Notes under the pieces: model-generated
Seen by the model: only the letters and a program-made list of their open reading frames with translations
Told to the model about the DNA's origin: nothing
The model's database searches: none
Program-made: the position numbers and the translations under genes
Shown here: positions 22,914 through 32,000 of the stretch, one piece after another
How positions within the stretch are numbered: position 1 is the first letter of the stretch
Layout: every line of letters starts with the position of its first letter
Assembly (NCBI RefSeq): GCF_000284115.1
Contig: NC_017080.1
Coordinates: 840,001 to 872,000 of the forward strand
DNA length: 32,000 nt
DNA from: Phycisphaera mikurensis NBRC 102666
GTDB taxonomy: Bacteria; Planctomycetota; Phycisphaerae; Phycisphaerales; Phycisphaeraceae
Reading direction: 5' to 3'

Positions 22914-24992
22914 ATGCAAGCACGAACCTCCACCGCTCCTCGGACCGCCCGCCGCCGCACCCCGTTGATCGCCCGCAGGCGTGCCCTCGCGGCCGGCGCG
23001 GTCGCGGCCTCCCTGGTGGCCGCGGGCGGCTGCCGCTCGCCGCTGGACGAGGCCCGCCGGGCGTCGATCGACTTCCGCCACGACCTGCTCCGCGACTTCC
23101 GCGAGCAGGTCGAGGCCTCGGTCATCGCCCCCGACGCGGAGCAGTCCGCCTTCGCCGACCGGCTGGCCGAAGCCTCCATCCCCGACCCGCTCGAGGACCC
23201 GGCCGTGTGGTGGTCCGCCGCCTCGCGGGACGCCGTCTTCGGCGACGGGGCCACCCTCGAGGCCTCGCTCGACGACCTGCTCAAAGCGACGCTGGTCCAC
23301 TCCAGCCAGGTGAAGGTCTTCAGCGACCTGCCGCTGATCCGCCGAACCGCCGTCGCCGAGGCCGAGGGCCGCTTCACCCCCCGCTTCTTCGCGGAGGGCC
23401 GCTACGACAACACCAACGAGCCGGTGGGCAGCACGCTGCAGACCGGCGGACCCGACCGCTTCAAGGAAGAGGAGATCCTCGGCGAGATCGGCCTCCGCAA
23501 GCGGACCCGCAGCGGCGCCGACGTGACGCTCTCCGAGCGGCTCTCGTACACCGACAACAACTCGGTGTTCTTCGTGCCCAACCCACAGAGCCGGGCCCAG
23601 CTCGCGCTCTCGGTCGTGCAGCCGCTGCTCCGCGGGGCCGGCACGGGCTACAACACCTCCATCCTGGAAATCGCGGAGATCGACTCCGAGGCGGCCCGCG
23701 AGGAGTTCGTCCGCCAGGCCAGCTTCCACCTGATGGAGGTGACCCGGGCGTACTGGAACCTCTACCTCGTGCGCAGCCGGCACCTGCAGGACCAGCGGCT
23801 CTTCGAGGCGACGCAGTCGCTCGTCGACAAGGCCGAGGCCCGGGCCGGCCTCGACACGCCCGGCGAGGTGCTGCTGCGTTCACGCTCGGCGCTCAACGAG
23901 CGACGCAGCGGCCTGATCCGCAGCAAGGCCGCGATCCGCAACGCCGAGGACCGCATCAAGAGCCTCGTGAACGACCCCGAGCTCATCGGCGGCGGGCGTG
24001 AGCTGGTGCTCGGCGACCTGCCGACCGCCTTCCCCGAAGCGCCGAAGCTGGTGCCCACCGCCGAGGCCGCGCTCCTGCACCGCCCGGAGGTCAACCAGGC
24101 CTTCCTGCAGTGGCGGGCCGCCGCGGTCCGCTCGGGCATCGCGCAGAACGAGACGCTGCCGCAGCTGGACGCCATCGCCGAGGTGGCGACCTCGGGCCTG
24201 CGGGAGGGCGGCGAAACGGGCGAGGCGATCGACGACCAGTTCAACAGCGACCTCTCCTTCACGCTGGGCCTCCGCTTCGAGACGCCGATCGGCAGAAGCG
24301 AGCGGGACGCCCGCGCCCTCCGCCGCCGCCTGGAGCTCCGCAGCCAGGGCAACCAGGTGAAGGTGACCATCGAGACGGTGCTGCTGGAGGTCAAGGTCGG
24401 CGTCCGCGAGGTGCGGACGGCGTACGAGGACCTGGTCAGCCGGCACGGCACCCTGCTCGCCACCCGCGAGGACACCCGGATCCTGCAGGAGCGTTGGGAC
24501 GGCGGCCTGGACACCTCCGGCCTCGGCGGCGTCACGTACCTGAACCTCCTGCTCGACGCTCAGGTGCGGCAGAACGCCGCCGAGCGGGCCTACGCCGAGG
24601 CGCAGGCGACCTACCGCGTCGCCCTCGCCGGGCTGGAGCGGGTGAAGGGCACGATGCTGCGGTACCGCGGCATCGAGGCGGTCGAGGGAGAAGCCGCCGA
24701 CGGCCTGCCCGAGCTGCGCCTGGAGCCGAGCGTCGGCGAGCCGCTGGCGGCCGACGCTTGGCCGCGGACCGCGGGGCCCGCGGCCGCGGCGGCCGCGCCG
24801 TCCGCGGAGGAGCCGGCCGCGCCGCCCGCGGAGCCGGCGTCCGGGCCCGCGGGGGAGGCCGCGCCGGTCGCGGCCCGCCGGCCGGCGCCGCTGCTGGACG
24901 CCGGCGAGGACGCGCCGATCGACCACGAGAGATGGCTGGCCGAGCTCGAGGAGCTCAACGCCCTCTCCACGGCGCTCACGAACCCCTGGTGA
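22914..24992 (+). CDS. TolC/outer-membrane-factor family lipoprotein with a Pro/Ala-rich C-terminal tail
   Basis: 692 aa from ATG 22914. The signal is 'RRRALAAGAVAASLVAAGG-C' (lipobox). It has two-fold repeated TolC-type coiled-coil/beta segments ('LALSVVQPLLRGAGTGYN', 'AEDRIKSLVNDPEL', 'TYLNLLLDAQVRQNAAERAYAEAQATYRVALAGLERVKG'). The track start at 22770 (GTG) is rejected because codons 22770-22913 have only ~75% GC3. Confidence 0.8.
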   Translation: MQARTSTAPRTARRRTPLIARRRALAAGAVAASLVAAGGCRSPLDEARRASIDFRHDLLRDFREQVEASVIAPDAEQSAFADRLAEASIPDPLEDPAVWWSAASRDAVFGDGATLEASLDDLLKATLVHSSQVKVFSDLPLIRRTAVAEAEGRFTPRFFAEGRYDNTNEPVGSTLQTGGPDRFKEEEILGEIGLRKRTRSGADVTLSERLSYTDNNSVFFVPNPQSRAQLALSVVQPLLRGAGTGYNTSILEIAEIDSEAAREEFVRQASFHLMEVTRAYWNLYLVRSRHLQDQRLFEATQSLVDKAEARAGLDTPGEVLLRSRSALNERRSGLIRSKAAIRNAEDRIKSLVNDPELIGGGRELVLGDLPTAFPEAPKLVPTAEAALLHRPEVNQAFLQWRAAAVRSGIAQNETLPQLDAIAEVATSGLREGGETGEAIDDQFNSDLSFTLGLRFETPIGRSERDARALRRRLELRSQGNQVKVTIETVLLEVKVGVREVRTAYEDLVSRHGTLLATREDTRILQERWDGGLDTSGLGGVTYLNLLLDAQVRQNAAERAYAEAQATYRVALAGLERVKGTMLRYRGIEAVEGEAADGLPELRLEPSVGEPLAADAWPRTAGPAAAAAAPSAEEPAAPPAEPASGPAGEAAPVAARRPAPLLDAGEDAPIDHERWLAELEELNALSTALTNPW

Positions 24993-25095
24993 CCCGCGTG
25001 CCGCCCGCCGCTGCCCGCGGCTCCGCGGCACCCCCGACCCGCACGACGCCCGGCTCCTCCGCCGGCTCCCGCTCTCTCTTTCCACCCGCTCCGCC

Positions 25096-28000
25096 ATGCC
25101 CGAGCCACGCCCCTCCGCCAAGCCCGCCCGCCGCGGCCCCCGCTACTCCACCCTGGAGCCGCGGCTGCTGATGGACGCGAACCCGGTGGCCGCCGGGGCG
25201 CCGCCGGAAGAGGTGCAGCTCGGGGAGGACTTCAGCTTCGAGCTGTCGTTCCAGAACGACGAGCTCGCCGGCGGAGAGACCGGCTTCGGCCCCTTCATCG
25301 ACCTGATCTTCCCGACCGCGGGCGAGGACGGCGCCGGCGCGAACGGCAACGCCGCCGATCCCGCCGACGACGACGGGATCACCTTCAACTCCGCCTCGTA
25401 CCTGGGCTCGGCGGTCGACGCCGAGACCTTCGTCTTCGAGGACACCAACGGCGACGGCACCGGCACGATCCTGCACCCCCACGCCGTCGACGCCAGCGGC
25501 GACCCGCTGGAGGTCACCGGCAACGCCGGCGACACGCTGGTGGTGCTCACGCTGCCCTTCGGCTCGTACACGCCCGAGCAGCCGGCGGCGAACGTTCAGA
25601 TCAACGCGACGCTCTCCGGCGACGCCGACCTGGGCACGCCGCTGCAGATCCAGACCCGGGCCGGCTTCGGCTTCGGCGCCGACGCCGCCGACAACCCCGC
25701 CACCGACCCCTCCATCGTCGGCGAGAACGGCACCGGGGCGTTCACCGCTTACGGCGTCACGCCGACGCTGCTCTCGCTGGACAAGGTCTACAACGGCCCC
25801 GAGGGCGAGACCGCCACCGGCCCGAACTTCGAGCGGAGCTACACCGTCACCGCCTCGATCGCGTCGGGCCAGACGCTCAGCGGCTTCTCCATCGAGGACG
25901 ATCTGCCCGACGGGGTCGTCCTCACCGGCGACTTCAGCGGCAGCTCGCTGGACGCCGACGGCAACGGGCCGACCGTGACGGTCGACACCTCCTCGGGCCG
26001 GCCGGTCGTCACCGCGTCCTGGGCGGGCGTGGTCAGCGGCGACGTGGCGTTCGTCTACGCCTTCGTGGCGCCCGAGCTCACCAACGGGACCCCGCTGATC
26101 GATCCCGACACCGGGGCCTCGGTCCGCGTCTCGGACCCCGACGCCGACTTCCGGCCCGGCAACGTCGACGCCACGGCCGAGGGCCTCTGGACGCCCGACG
26201 ACGCGCGGGACCGCACCGGCAGCCCGGTGTCGGCCACGGCGTCGGTGGAGGCGGCCGAGCCTTTCGACGCCAAGAGCCTCGCGGTGCAGAAGAGCGTCGG
26301 CGTGGTCGGCGGCGGGTCGGCGGTGCCGGGGGCCGTCCTCGAGTACACGATCGACTTCCAGATCAGCGACTTCTTCAGCTTCGACGACCTCCAGCTCGAG
26401 AGCGTGATCAGCGACGGCCAGCGGCTCAAGGCCGATGCCGCGCCCACCTTCAGCTTCACCGACCGCGACGGCACCGCCACGGGCGGCTTCACCGCCGGCG
26501 GCGGGACGTACTTCACGGTCGACACGAGCGACATCGACGGCGTGAACGACGGCAGCGGCGACACCGTGCTGACCTTCGACGTCTCGGGGGCGATGGACGC
26601 CGTGGGGGCCGCCGCCGACCACGACCGCGTGCTCCGCGGCGGCGAGTCGGGCGCCACCGGGGCCGCCGCGGCCACTGGCCGCGTCGTGTTCCGCACGGTC
26701 GTCCAGGACGCGTTCACCGACGACTTCTCCAGCGGCGACCCCTCCGTCGACCAGAACGACGGCCTCACCGCCACCGTGACCGCCACGGGCCGGGTGCTCG
26801 CCGAGGCCGACCTCTCGCCCACGGGCCACACCGCCTCGGACGGCAGCGGCGCTGGGGTGACGATCGCGAGCGCGGGCTTCACGAAGACGCTGTACGCGAT
26901 CAACGGGAACCCCGTCGGCGCGGGCGATCAGCTCATCTCCCCCGGCGACGAGGTCACCTACCGGCTCACCTACACCAGCCCGGCCACGGACTTCGAGGGC
27001 TTGGTCTTCACCGACTTCCTCCCCAAGCCGGTCTTCGACGCGGGCAGCCTCACCGGCCCCGGCAACGGCTTCACGAACGTGCTCAACGGCGACGGCGTGC
27101 CCGACGCCGGGCAGGCGGCCTACGGCCCCGCCGACGAGTACTTCGCGTTCGCGCAGTCCGACAACGCCAGCGGCGACGCGATCCGCGACCTGCCGATCCT
27201 CACCGAAGAGGGCGGCAACGCCTTCAACCTCGCCTTCGGCACCGCCGACGACCCCGGCAACACGCAGCGCGTCATCGACGTGCTCTTCACCGTCGAGGTC
27301 GGCACGGAGCCCTTCGCCGACGGCCTCAAGCTCACGAACCTGGCCCAGGCCAGCGAGTCCAACACCCAGGGCGGCAGCACGAGCGCCCCGGCGATCATCC
27401 AGATCCGCCTGGGCGAGCCCGACGTGCGCCTGATCACCGGCGTGGTGGCGGTCGGGGCGGGGGAGCCCGGGACGTTCTCCGGCGGCGCGGGCGGTCTTGG
27501 CGGCGCGAGCTTCGCCGCCGCGGGCACCGCCAGCGACGACGACGCCGGCACCACCGCCGACGCGGCCTTCACCGGCGCGGTCACCTCCGCCTCGCTGGAG
27601 GCCGACCCGATCGACAACGACCTCTCCGGCGTCGACGCCGGCGACGTCGTGCGCTTCGCCACCGTCATCGAGAACACGGGCTCGTCCCCGAAGGGCGCCT
27701 ACGACGTCGCCTTCGCCGCCGTCGCCCCGCGCGGCTTCGACCCGGCGACGATCCAGAACCTGCAGGTGACCCGCGGCGACGGCACCGAGCTCACCCTCGG
27801 CACCGACTACGTGCTCCGCGGGTCGGGCTTGCTGGATTTGGGCATCGAGCTCGTCGACACCGGCGGCACCACCCGCGGCGCCCTGGCCGCCGGCGACGCC
27901 ACCGACGGCAGCAACCTCGTCGTGGTCACCTACGACCTCACCGCCAGCGGCCCGGCGACCGGCGAGGCGGACAACGGCCCGGCGGAGGCGGGCTCGGGGG

Positions 28001-31000
28001 CCCTGGACGCCAGCGCCGGCTCGTCCACGCTGCTCTCGTACACCAACACCGAAGGCAACACGAACTTCACCGACGGGACGCGTGGGGACGACGTCCGCGT
28101 TGCGTTCGATGCGCCCACCATCGCGTCGGCGACGGTGGGCACCGGCTTCACGTCGAGCTTCGTGGACAGCCTGCACGAAGCGGTGATCGGCGAGACGGTG
28201 CGCGTCCGCGTGGTCGTGGAGGTCCCCGAGGGCGTCAGCCGGGATGTGGTGGTCAGCACGGACCTCGGCGACTCCTACGCCTTCACCGGGATCACCGAGG
28301 TCCAGACTTACGGGGCGTTGACGCGGGCCAGCGACGGGGGGACGTACGACCTCCCGCTGGTGCAGTCCGCCGTCACCGTCGCCGATCAGGGGCGCTCGTT
28401 CTCGGTGGACCTGGGGGACATCGCCAACGCCAGCAACGACAACGACGCCGTGCACGCGGTGGTGTTCTTCTACGAAGCGATCGTCCTCGACGTCCCTGCG
28501 AACGTCCGCAACGCACAGCCTCCGATGCTGACGGATCTCGCCTACGACGCCGACGGCGAGCGGCAGGCAGTGGCTCCGGCGCCCGGCGACGACCCCGACC
28601 GCGTGCGCATCCTCGAGCCGCGGCTGGACCTGACCGTGACCGCGGACGCCGATCCGGGCCCGGGCGTGTCGCGCGAGGTGGAGGCGGGTGAAGAAGTCCG
28701 CTACACCATCCGGCTCGAGAACAACGGGCCGTCGCACGCGCTGCAAACCACGGCCTACGACGCCGAGCTCGGCGTGACCTTCGAGGCGGGGCTCGGCGAC
28801 GTGACGGTGCTCGGCGTGACCGACTCCCGCGGGATCTTCACCGCCGCGGACTTCGAGTTCGTCGGCGACCACCTCCGGCTCAAGGACCGCGACCCGGGTT
28901 CCGGGGTCGATCGCACCTTCGATCTCGCGCCCGGCGAGTCGATCGAGCTGGACGTGGCGGCCACCGTCGCCGAGGGCGTCTCGCCCGGGCAGTCCCTGCT
29001 GGCCGACGGGTCGCTGCGCTACACCTCCACGCCCGGCGAGCCCAACGACCCCTCCGCCGAGAACGCGGACGACCAGGAGCGGCTGTACTTCGCGCTCGAC
29101 GCGCCCGCGCAGGACAGCGTGGTCGTCCGGGACGTCGTCCCGGTCAAGACGATCCTGACCTCCAGCGAGGCGCACACGGCGGAAGCGGGCGACGCGGCGA
29201 CGCTGGCGGTGGGTGAGATCGTGCGGATCGAGATCGCCGCGGAGCTGCCGCGGTCCACCCTCGCCAACCTGCGCCTCGCCGACCTGCTGCCCGAGGGCAT
29301 GGCCCTCCGCGGCGACGGCGACGTGCGGGTGAGCTTCGTGTCCGACGCGACGATCACCGCCAACGAGCTGCCCGCCGGCGCCGACAACGACGCCGACCCG
29401 GCCACCGAGCCGCTGCCCGCCGGCCGCGTCTCCTCCTCCACCGATCCGGGCACGGGCGTGACGACGCTGATCTTCGATCTCGGCGACGTGGTGGTCGGGA
29501 GCGACGGCACCGACGGCAACCCCGAGCGGGTGCTGCTGTCCTACGCCGCCGTCGTCACCAACAAGGCCTCCGCCGAGGCCGGCGGCGGCGGCGCCTTCGC
29601 GGCGGAGGTGCTCATCGGCCCGGAGACCGCCGGTGAAGGCACCGCGTCCAACACCGTGACGCTCGCCTACGTCGAGCCGGCGGTCACGGACCTGGCGACC
29701 TCGGTGGCCGCGGCCAGCGGGGCCGACGCCGGCGACTCCGTCCTGTTCACCTCCCGCTTCTCCAACAGCGGCAAGGCCGACGCGTTCGAGGTGACGCTCC
29801 GCGACGACATCGGCGACCCGGCGGACCTGACGCTGGACCCCGCGAGCGTCTCGGTGACGGTGGGCGGCACGCCGGTCGCCTTCACCAACGCCTCCACCGG
29901 CAACCAGCTGCTCATCGTGCTCGACGACCCGCTGGCCGCCGAGTCGGCGGAGGTTGTGGTGAGCTACAGCGCGACGCTCTCGGGGAACCTGGACGCGGGC
30001 ACCGCGATCCAGAACGCCGCCGAGGTGAGCTTCACCAGCCTGCCCGGCGACGGCACCGACGCCGGCACCGGGGGCAACGGCACCGGATTGGCGGCGGGCA
30101 CGCCGGGCGGGACCCAGGGCGAGCGGACCGGCGCCGGCGGCGTGAACGACCACGTCGACACGGACGCGGATCTCGGCACCACGGCCTCCCCCACCATCGA
30201 CCTGCTGGCGCCCGCCACCGCCGCGGCCTCCGTCGGCGACGAGGTGACCTGGGAGGCCCGGGTCACGCTGCCCGAGGGGCGGACCCGGAGCTTCAGCGCG
30301 AGCTTCGACGTTCCCGACGGCCTGGCCGTGACCGGCTGGCGCATCGTGCCCGGCGGCTTCGCCGGCACGCTGCCCACCCCCACCCAGACCTCCGGCGGAG
30401 CCAGCGGGGAGGACCTGACGCTCTCCTTCGGCGACCTCACCAACCCCGCCGACGGCGGCGGCGGCAACGACGGCTTCCGCATCGAGTTCGACACCGTCGT
30501 GGTCGACGAGGCCGCCAACGCCGACGGCGCCCGCCGCACGCTGCTCGCCAATCTGGACTTTGTCGACGGGCAGGACGACGCCAGGGACGACCGGGACGCC
30601 ACGGCGGAGAGCGTGACGGTGGTCGAACCGGATCTCTCGGTCGCCACCGCCGCGTCGGGCGGGGCCACCGCGAGCGACCCGGTCACCTTCGTGACCACGG
30701 TCGTGCACACGCCCGGCAGCTCCGCCACGGCCTACGACCTCTCCTTCGCCGACGCCGCCCCGGCCGGCTTCGTGGTCACCGGGATCGCCGGGGTGGCGGC
30801 CGCTCCGGGCACCACGCTCCCCGCCGGGCTCAACGCGGCCTCGTTCGAGGTCGCTCCCGATGGGCGGTCCGTCCGCCTGGTCGCCGGCGTCGCCGAGGCG
30901 CTGGACCTGCCGCTGGGCACCGGCTTCGAGCTCACCTGGACCGCGTCCGCGACGGCCGAGGCCCTCGCCGGCGCTGCCTATGCGAACGACGCGCAGCTCG

Positions 31001-32000
31001 CCTGGACGAGCACCGACGGCGAGCCGGGGGCCGGCGAGCCGGGCGAGCGCGACGGCAGCGACGGCGTCGGGTCGGCCCCCGCCTACCAGCAGGACGCCAG
31101 CGGCCTGGTGGTGGTGGAGGCGGAGCGGTACCACGGCAGCAGCGACGGCAGGGATTCGATGTGGTCCGTCATCGACGCGGGCGGCGGCGCCACCGCCGTG
31201 CGCGCCGATCCCAACGCGGGGCTCAACACCGACACCGACCTCGCCTCGCTGTCGCCCCGGCTGGATTACCGCGTGGAGTTCGACCGCAGCGGCACGCACT
31301 ACGTGTGGGTCCGGATGCGGGCCGATCCCGACTTCCCCGGCGGCAACGACAGCCTCCACATCGGCCTCGACGGGGCGAGGATCGCGTCCTCGGACCGGAT
31401 CTCCGCGAGCAACCAGACCGAGTTCATCTGGACTCGGAACACGATGGACAGCGCGGAGACCCGGGCCCACATCGACGGCATCACCGCCGGTGAGCACACG
31501 CTGAACCTGTGGATGCGCGAGGACGGCGTGGAGGTGGACCGGATCCTGCTCACCGACGACGGGTCCTTCACGCCGGGCTCGGGCGTGGGACCCCCGGCGA
31601 GCGCCGGCGGCCCCGACGGCACGACCGACCGCTACGCGGCGGAGGCTTCGGCCGAGCGGACGCTTCCGGCGGACCTCAGCCTCACCAAGCGCTTCCACGG
31701 CGACCCCGCCGCCGGCGGCACCATCGACTCGGCCGCGATCGGCGACACGGTCACCGTCGAGCTGGTGCTGGACCTCTCCGAGGGCACCACCTCCGGCGTG
31801 TCCATCGCCGAGCGGATCCCCGCGGGCCTCCGCCTCGTGGACGGCAGCCTGCGGCTGCTCTTCGACGCCGGCGTCTCCGCGCCCGACGCGGCCGACGCGT
31901 TCAGCGTCGCGGCCAACGGCGTGGACCACACGCTGTCGCTGGGGGACGTCGTCGTCGAGCCCGACGGCGGCTCGGGCAACGACCGCGTCACCATCCGCTA
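25096..32000 (+). CDS. Giant repeat-containing surface/secreted protein (DUF11/TIGR01451-like beta-sandwich repeats plus an embedded lectin-like module), 3'-partial
   Basis: I read the frame from ATG 25096 to the window end (2301 codons) and found no stop; GC3 is very high. It is absent from the ORF track only because it never closes. The N-terminus is 'MPEPRPSAKPARRGPRYSTLEPRLLMDANP'. At least seven units match the 'conserved repeat domain' pattern. Examples are 'VEAGEEVRYTIRLENNGPSHA..TAYDAEL', 'ADAGDSVLFTSRFSNSGKADAFEVTLRDDIGD' and 'AAIGDTVTVELVLDLSEGTTSGVSIAERIPAGL'. Confidence 0.85.
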   Translation, partial: MPEPRPSAKPARRGPRYSTLEPRLLMDANPVAAGAPPEEVQLGEDFSFELSFQNDELAGGETGFGPFIDLIFPTAGEDGAGANGNAADPADDDGITFNSASYLGSAVDAETFVFEDTNGDGTGTILHPHAVDASGDPLEVTGNAGDTLVVLTLPFGSYTPEQPAANVQINATLSGDADLGTPLQIQTRAGFGFGADAADNPATDPSIVGENGTGAFTAYGVTPTLLSLDKVYNGPEGETATGPNFERSYTVTASIASGQTLSGFSIEDDLPDGVVLTGDFSGSSLDADGNGPTVTVDTSSGRPVVTASWAGVVSGDVAFVYAFVAPELTNGTPLIDPDTGASVRVSDPDADFRPGNVDATAEGLWTPDDARDRTGSPVSATASVEAAEPFDAKSLAVQKSVGVVGGGSAVPGAVLEYTIDFQISDFFSFDDLQLESVISDGQRLKADAAPTFSFTDRDGTATGGFTAGGGTYFTVDTSDIDGVNDGSGDTVLTFDVSGAMDAVGAAADHDRVLRGGESGATGAAAATGRVVFRTVVQDAFTDDFSSGDPSVDQNDGLTATVTATGRVLAEADLSPTGHTASDGSGAGVTIASAGFTKTLYAINGNPVGAGDQLISPGDEVTYRLTYTSPATDFEGLVFTDFLPKPVFDAGSLTGPGNGFTNVLNGDGVPDAGQAAYGPADEYFAFAQSDNASGDAIRDLPILTEEGGNAFNLAFGTADDPGNTQRVIDVLFTVEVGTEPFADGLKLTNLAQASESNTQGGSTSAPAIIQIRLGEPDVRLITGVVAVGAGEPGTFSGGAGGLGGASFAAAGTASDDDAGTTADAAFTGAVTSASLEADPIDNDLSGVDAGDVVRFATVIENTGSSPKGAYDVAFAAVAPRGFDPATIQNLQVTRGDGTELTLGTDYVLRGSGLLDLGIELVDTGGTTRGALAAGDATDGSNLVVVTYDLTASGPATGEADNGPAEAGSGALDASAGSSTLLSYTNTEGNTNFTDGTRGDDVRVAFDAPTIASATVGTGFTSSFVDSLHEAVIGETVRVRVVVEVPEGVSRDVVVSTDLGDSYAFTGITEVQTYGALTRASDGGTYDLPLVQSAVTVADQGRSFSVDLGDIANASNDNDAVHAVVFFYEAIVLDVPANVRNAQPPMLTDLAYDADGERQAVAPAPGDDPDRVRILEPRLDLTVTADADPGPGVSREVEAGEEVRYTIRLENNGPSHALQTTAYDAELGVTFEAGLGDVTVLGVTDSRGIFTAADFEFVGDHLRLKDRDPGSGVDRTFDLAPGESIELDVAATVAEGVSPGQSLLADGSLRYTSTPGEPNDPSAENADDQERLYFALDAPAQDSVVVRDVVPVKTILTSSEAHTAEAGDAATLAVGEIVRIEIAAELPRSTLANLRLADLLPEGMALRGDGDVRVSFVSDATITANELPAGADNDADPATEPLPAGRVSSSTDPGTGVTTLIFDLGDVVVGSDGTDGNPERVLLSYAAVVTNKASAEAGGGGAFAAEVLIGPETAGEGTASNTVTLAYVEPAVTDLATSVAAASGADAGDSVLFTSRFSNSGKADAFEVTLRDDIGDPADLTLDPASVSVTVGGTPVAFTNASTGNQLLIVLDDPLAAESAEVVVSYSATLSGNLDAGTAIQNAAEVSFTSLPGDGTDAGTGGNGTGLAAGTPGGTQGERTGAGGVNDHVDTDADLGTTASPTIDLLAPATAAASVGDEVTWEARVTLPEGRTRSFSASFDVPDGLAVTGWRIVPGGFAGTLPTPTQTSGGASGEDLTLSFGDLTNPADGGGGNDGFRIEFDTVVVDEAANADGARRTLLANLDFVDGQDDARDDRDATAESVTVVEPDLSVATAASGGATASDPVTFVTTVVHTPGSSATAYDLSFADAAPAGFVVTGIAGVAAAPGTTLPAGLNAASFEVAPDGRSVRLVAGVAEALDLPLGTGFELTWTASATAEALAGAAYANDAQLAWTSTDGEPGAGEPGERDGSDGVGSAPAYQQDASGLVVVEAERYHGSSDGRDSMWSVIDAGGGATAVRADPNAGLNTDTDLASLSPRLDYRVEFDRSGTHYVWVRMRADPDFPGGNDSLHIGLDGARIASSDRISASNQTEFIWTRNTMDSAETRAHIDGITAGEHTLNLWMREDGVEVDRILLTDDGSFTPGSGVGPPASAGGPDGTTDRYAAEASAERTLPADLSLTKRFHGDPAAGGTIDSAAIGDTVTVELVLDLSEGTTSGVSIAERIPAGLRLVDGSLRLLFDAGVSAPDAADAFSVAANGVDHTLSLGDVVVEPDGGSGNDRVTIR

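Noticed and set aside
24976-31929. 2317-aa minus-strand ORF, the longest ORF in the track
   Set aside because: It is the mirror image of the plus-strand giant adhesin frame. It translates to Arg/Gly/His/Val-rich junk. The plus strand has the high-GC3 frame, an N-terminal motif and repeated domain signatures.

Overview
This is a very GC-rich (about 70%+ by eye) bacterial chromosomal window. The gene content suggests a Planctomycetota/Phycisphaerae-like organism, which is inference only. That content includes alternative complex III, PEGA and TPR lipoproteins, a PadR plus membrane-partner pair, and a giant surface protein whose N-terminus reads '...YSTLEPRLLMDA'.

Layout, left to right:
- A tRNA-Ser(CGA) on the minus strand, cut by the window edge.
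- One minus-strand cluster (10769 down to 278) encoding a complete alternative complex III (actA-B-C-D-E-F), followed by a small single-TM protein and a PEGA lipoprotein.
- A small membrane protein and panB (-), divergent from a GH130-like glycosidase (+).
- A DagK/YegS-like lipid kinase (-) and an ACT-domain protein (+).
- purL (with two fused PurS-like modules), then a PadR regulator, then a HAAS-type membrane protein (all -).
- A small 3-TM protein, a TPR lipoprotein and a TolC/OMF-family lipoprotein (+).
- An open-ended repeat adhesin of more than 2,300 codons (+, 25096 to the window end). The ORF track misses it because the frame never closes.

The longest ORFs in the track are antisense or out-of-frame shadow ORFs typical of high-GC DNA. 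These are 1617-6344 +, 6037-9900 +, 24976-31929 -, 17850-21419 +, and most of 14352-17501 -.

The most notable signal not explained by genes is a family of six dispersed, polar inverted repeats with invariant architecture, CCGCGGACCG-N26-CGGTCCGCGG:
- Two copies sit right after stop codons.
- One sits in an intra-operon spacer.
- One is exactly centred between two divergent start codons.
- Two are embedded in N-terminal coding sequence.

Canonical G-quadruplex motifs also lie on the template strand in several spacers of the minus-strand operons. I see no CRISPR array, rRNA, transposase or obvious defence genes.
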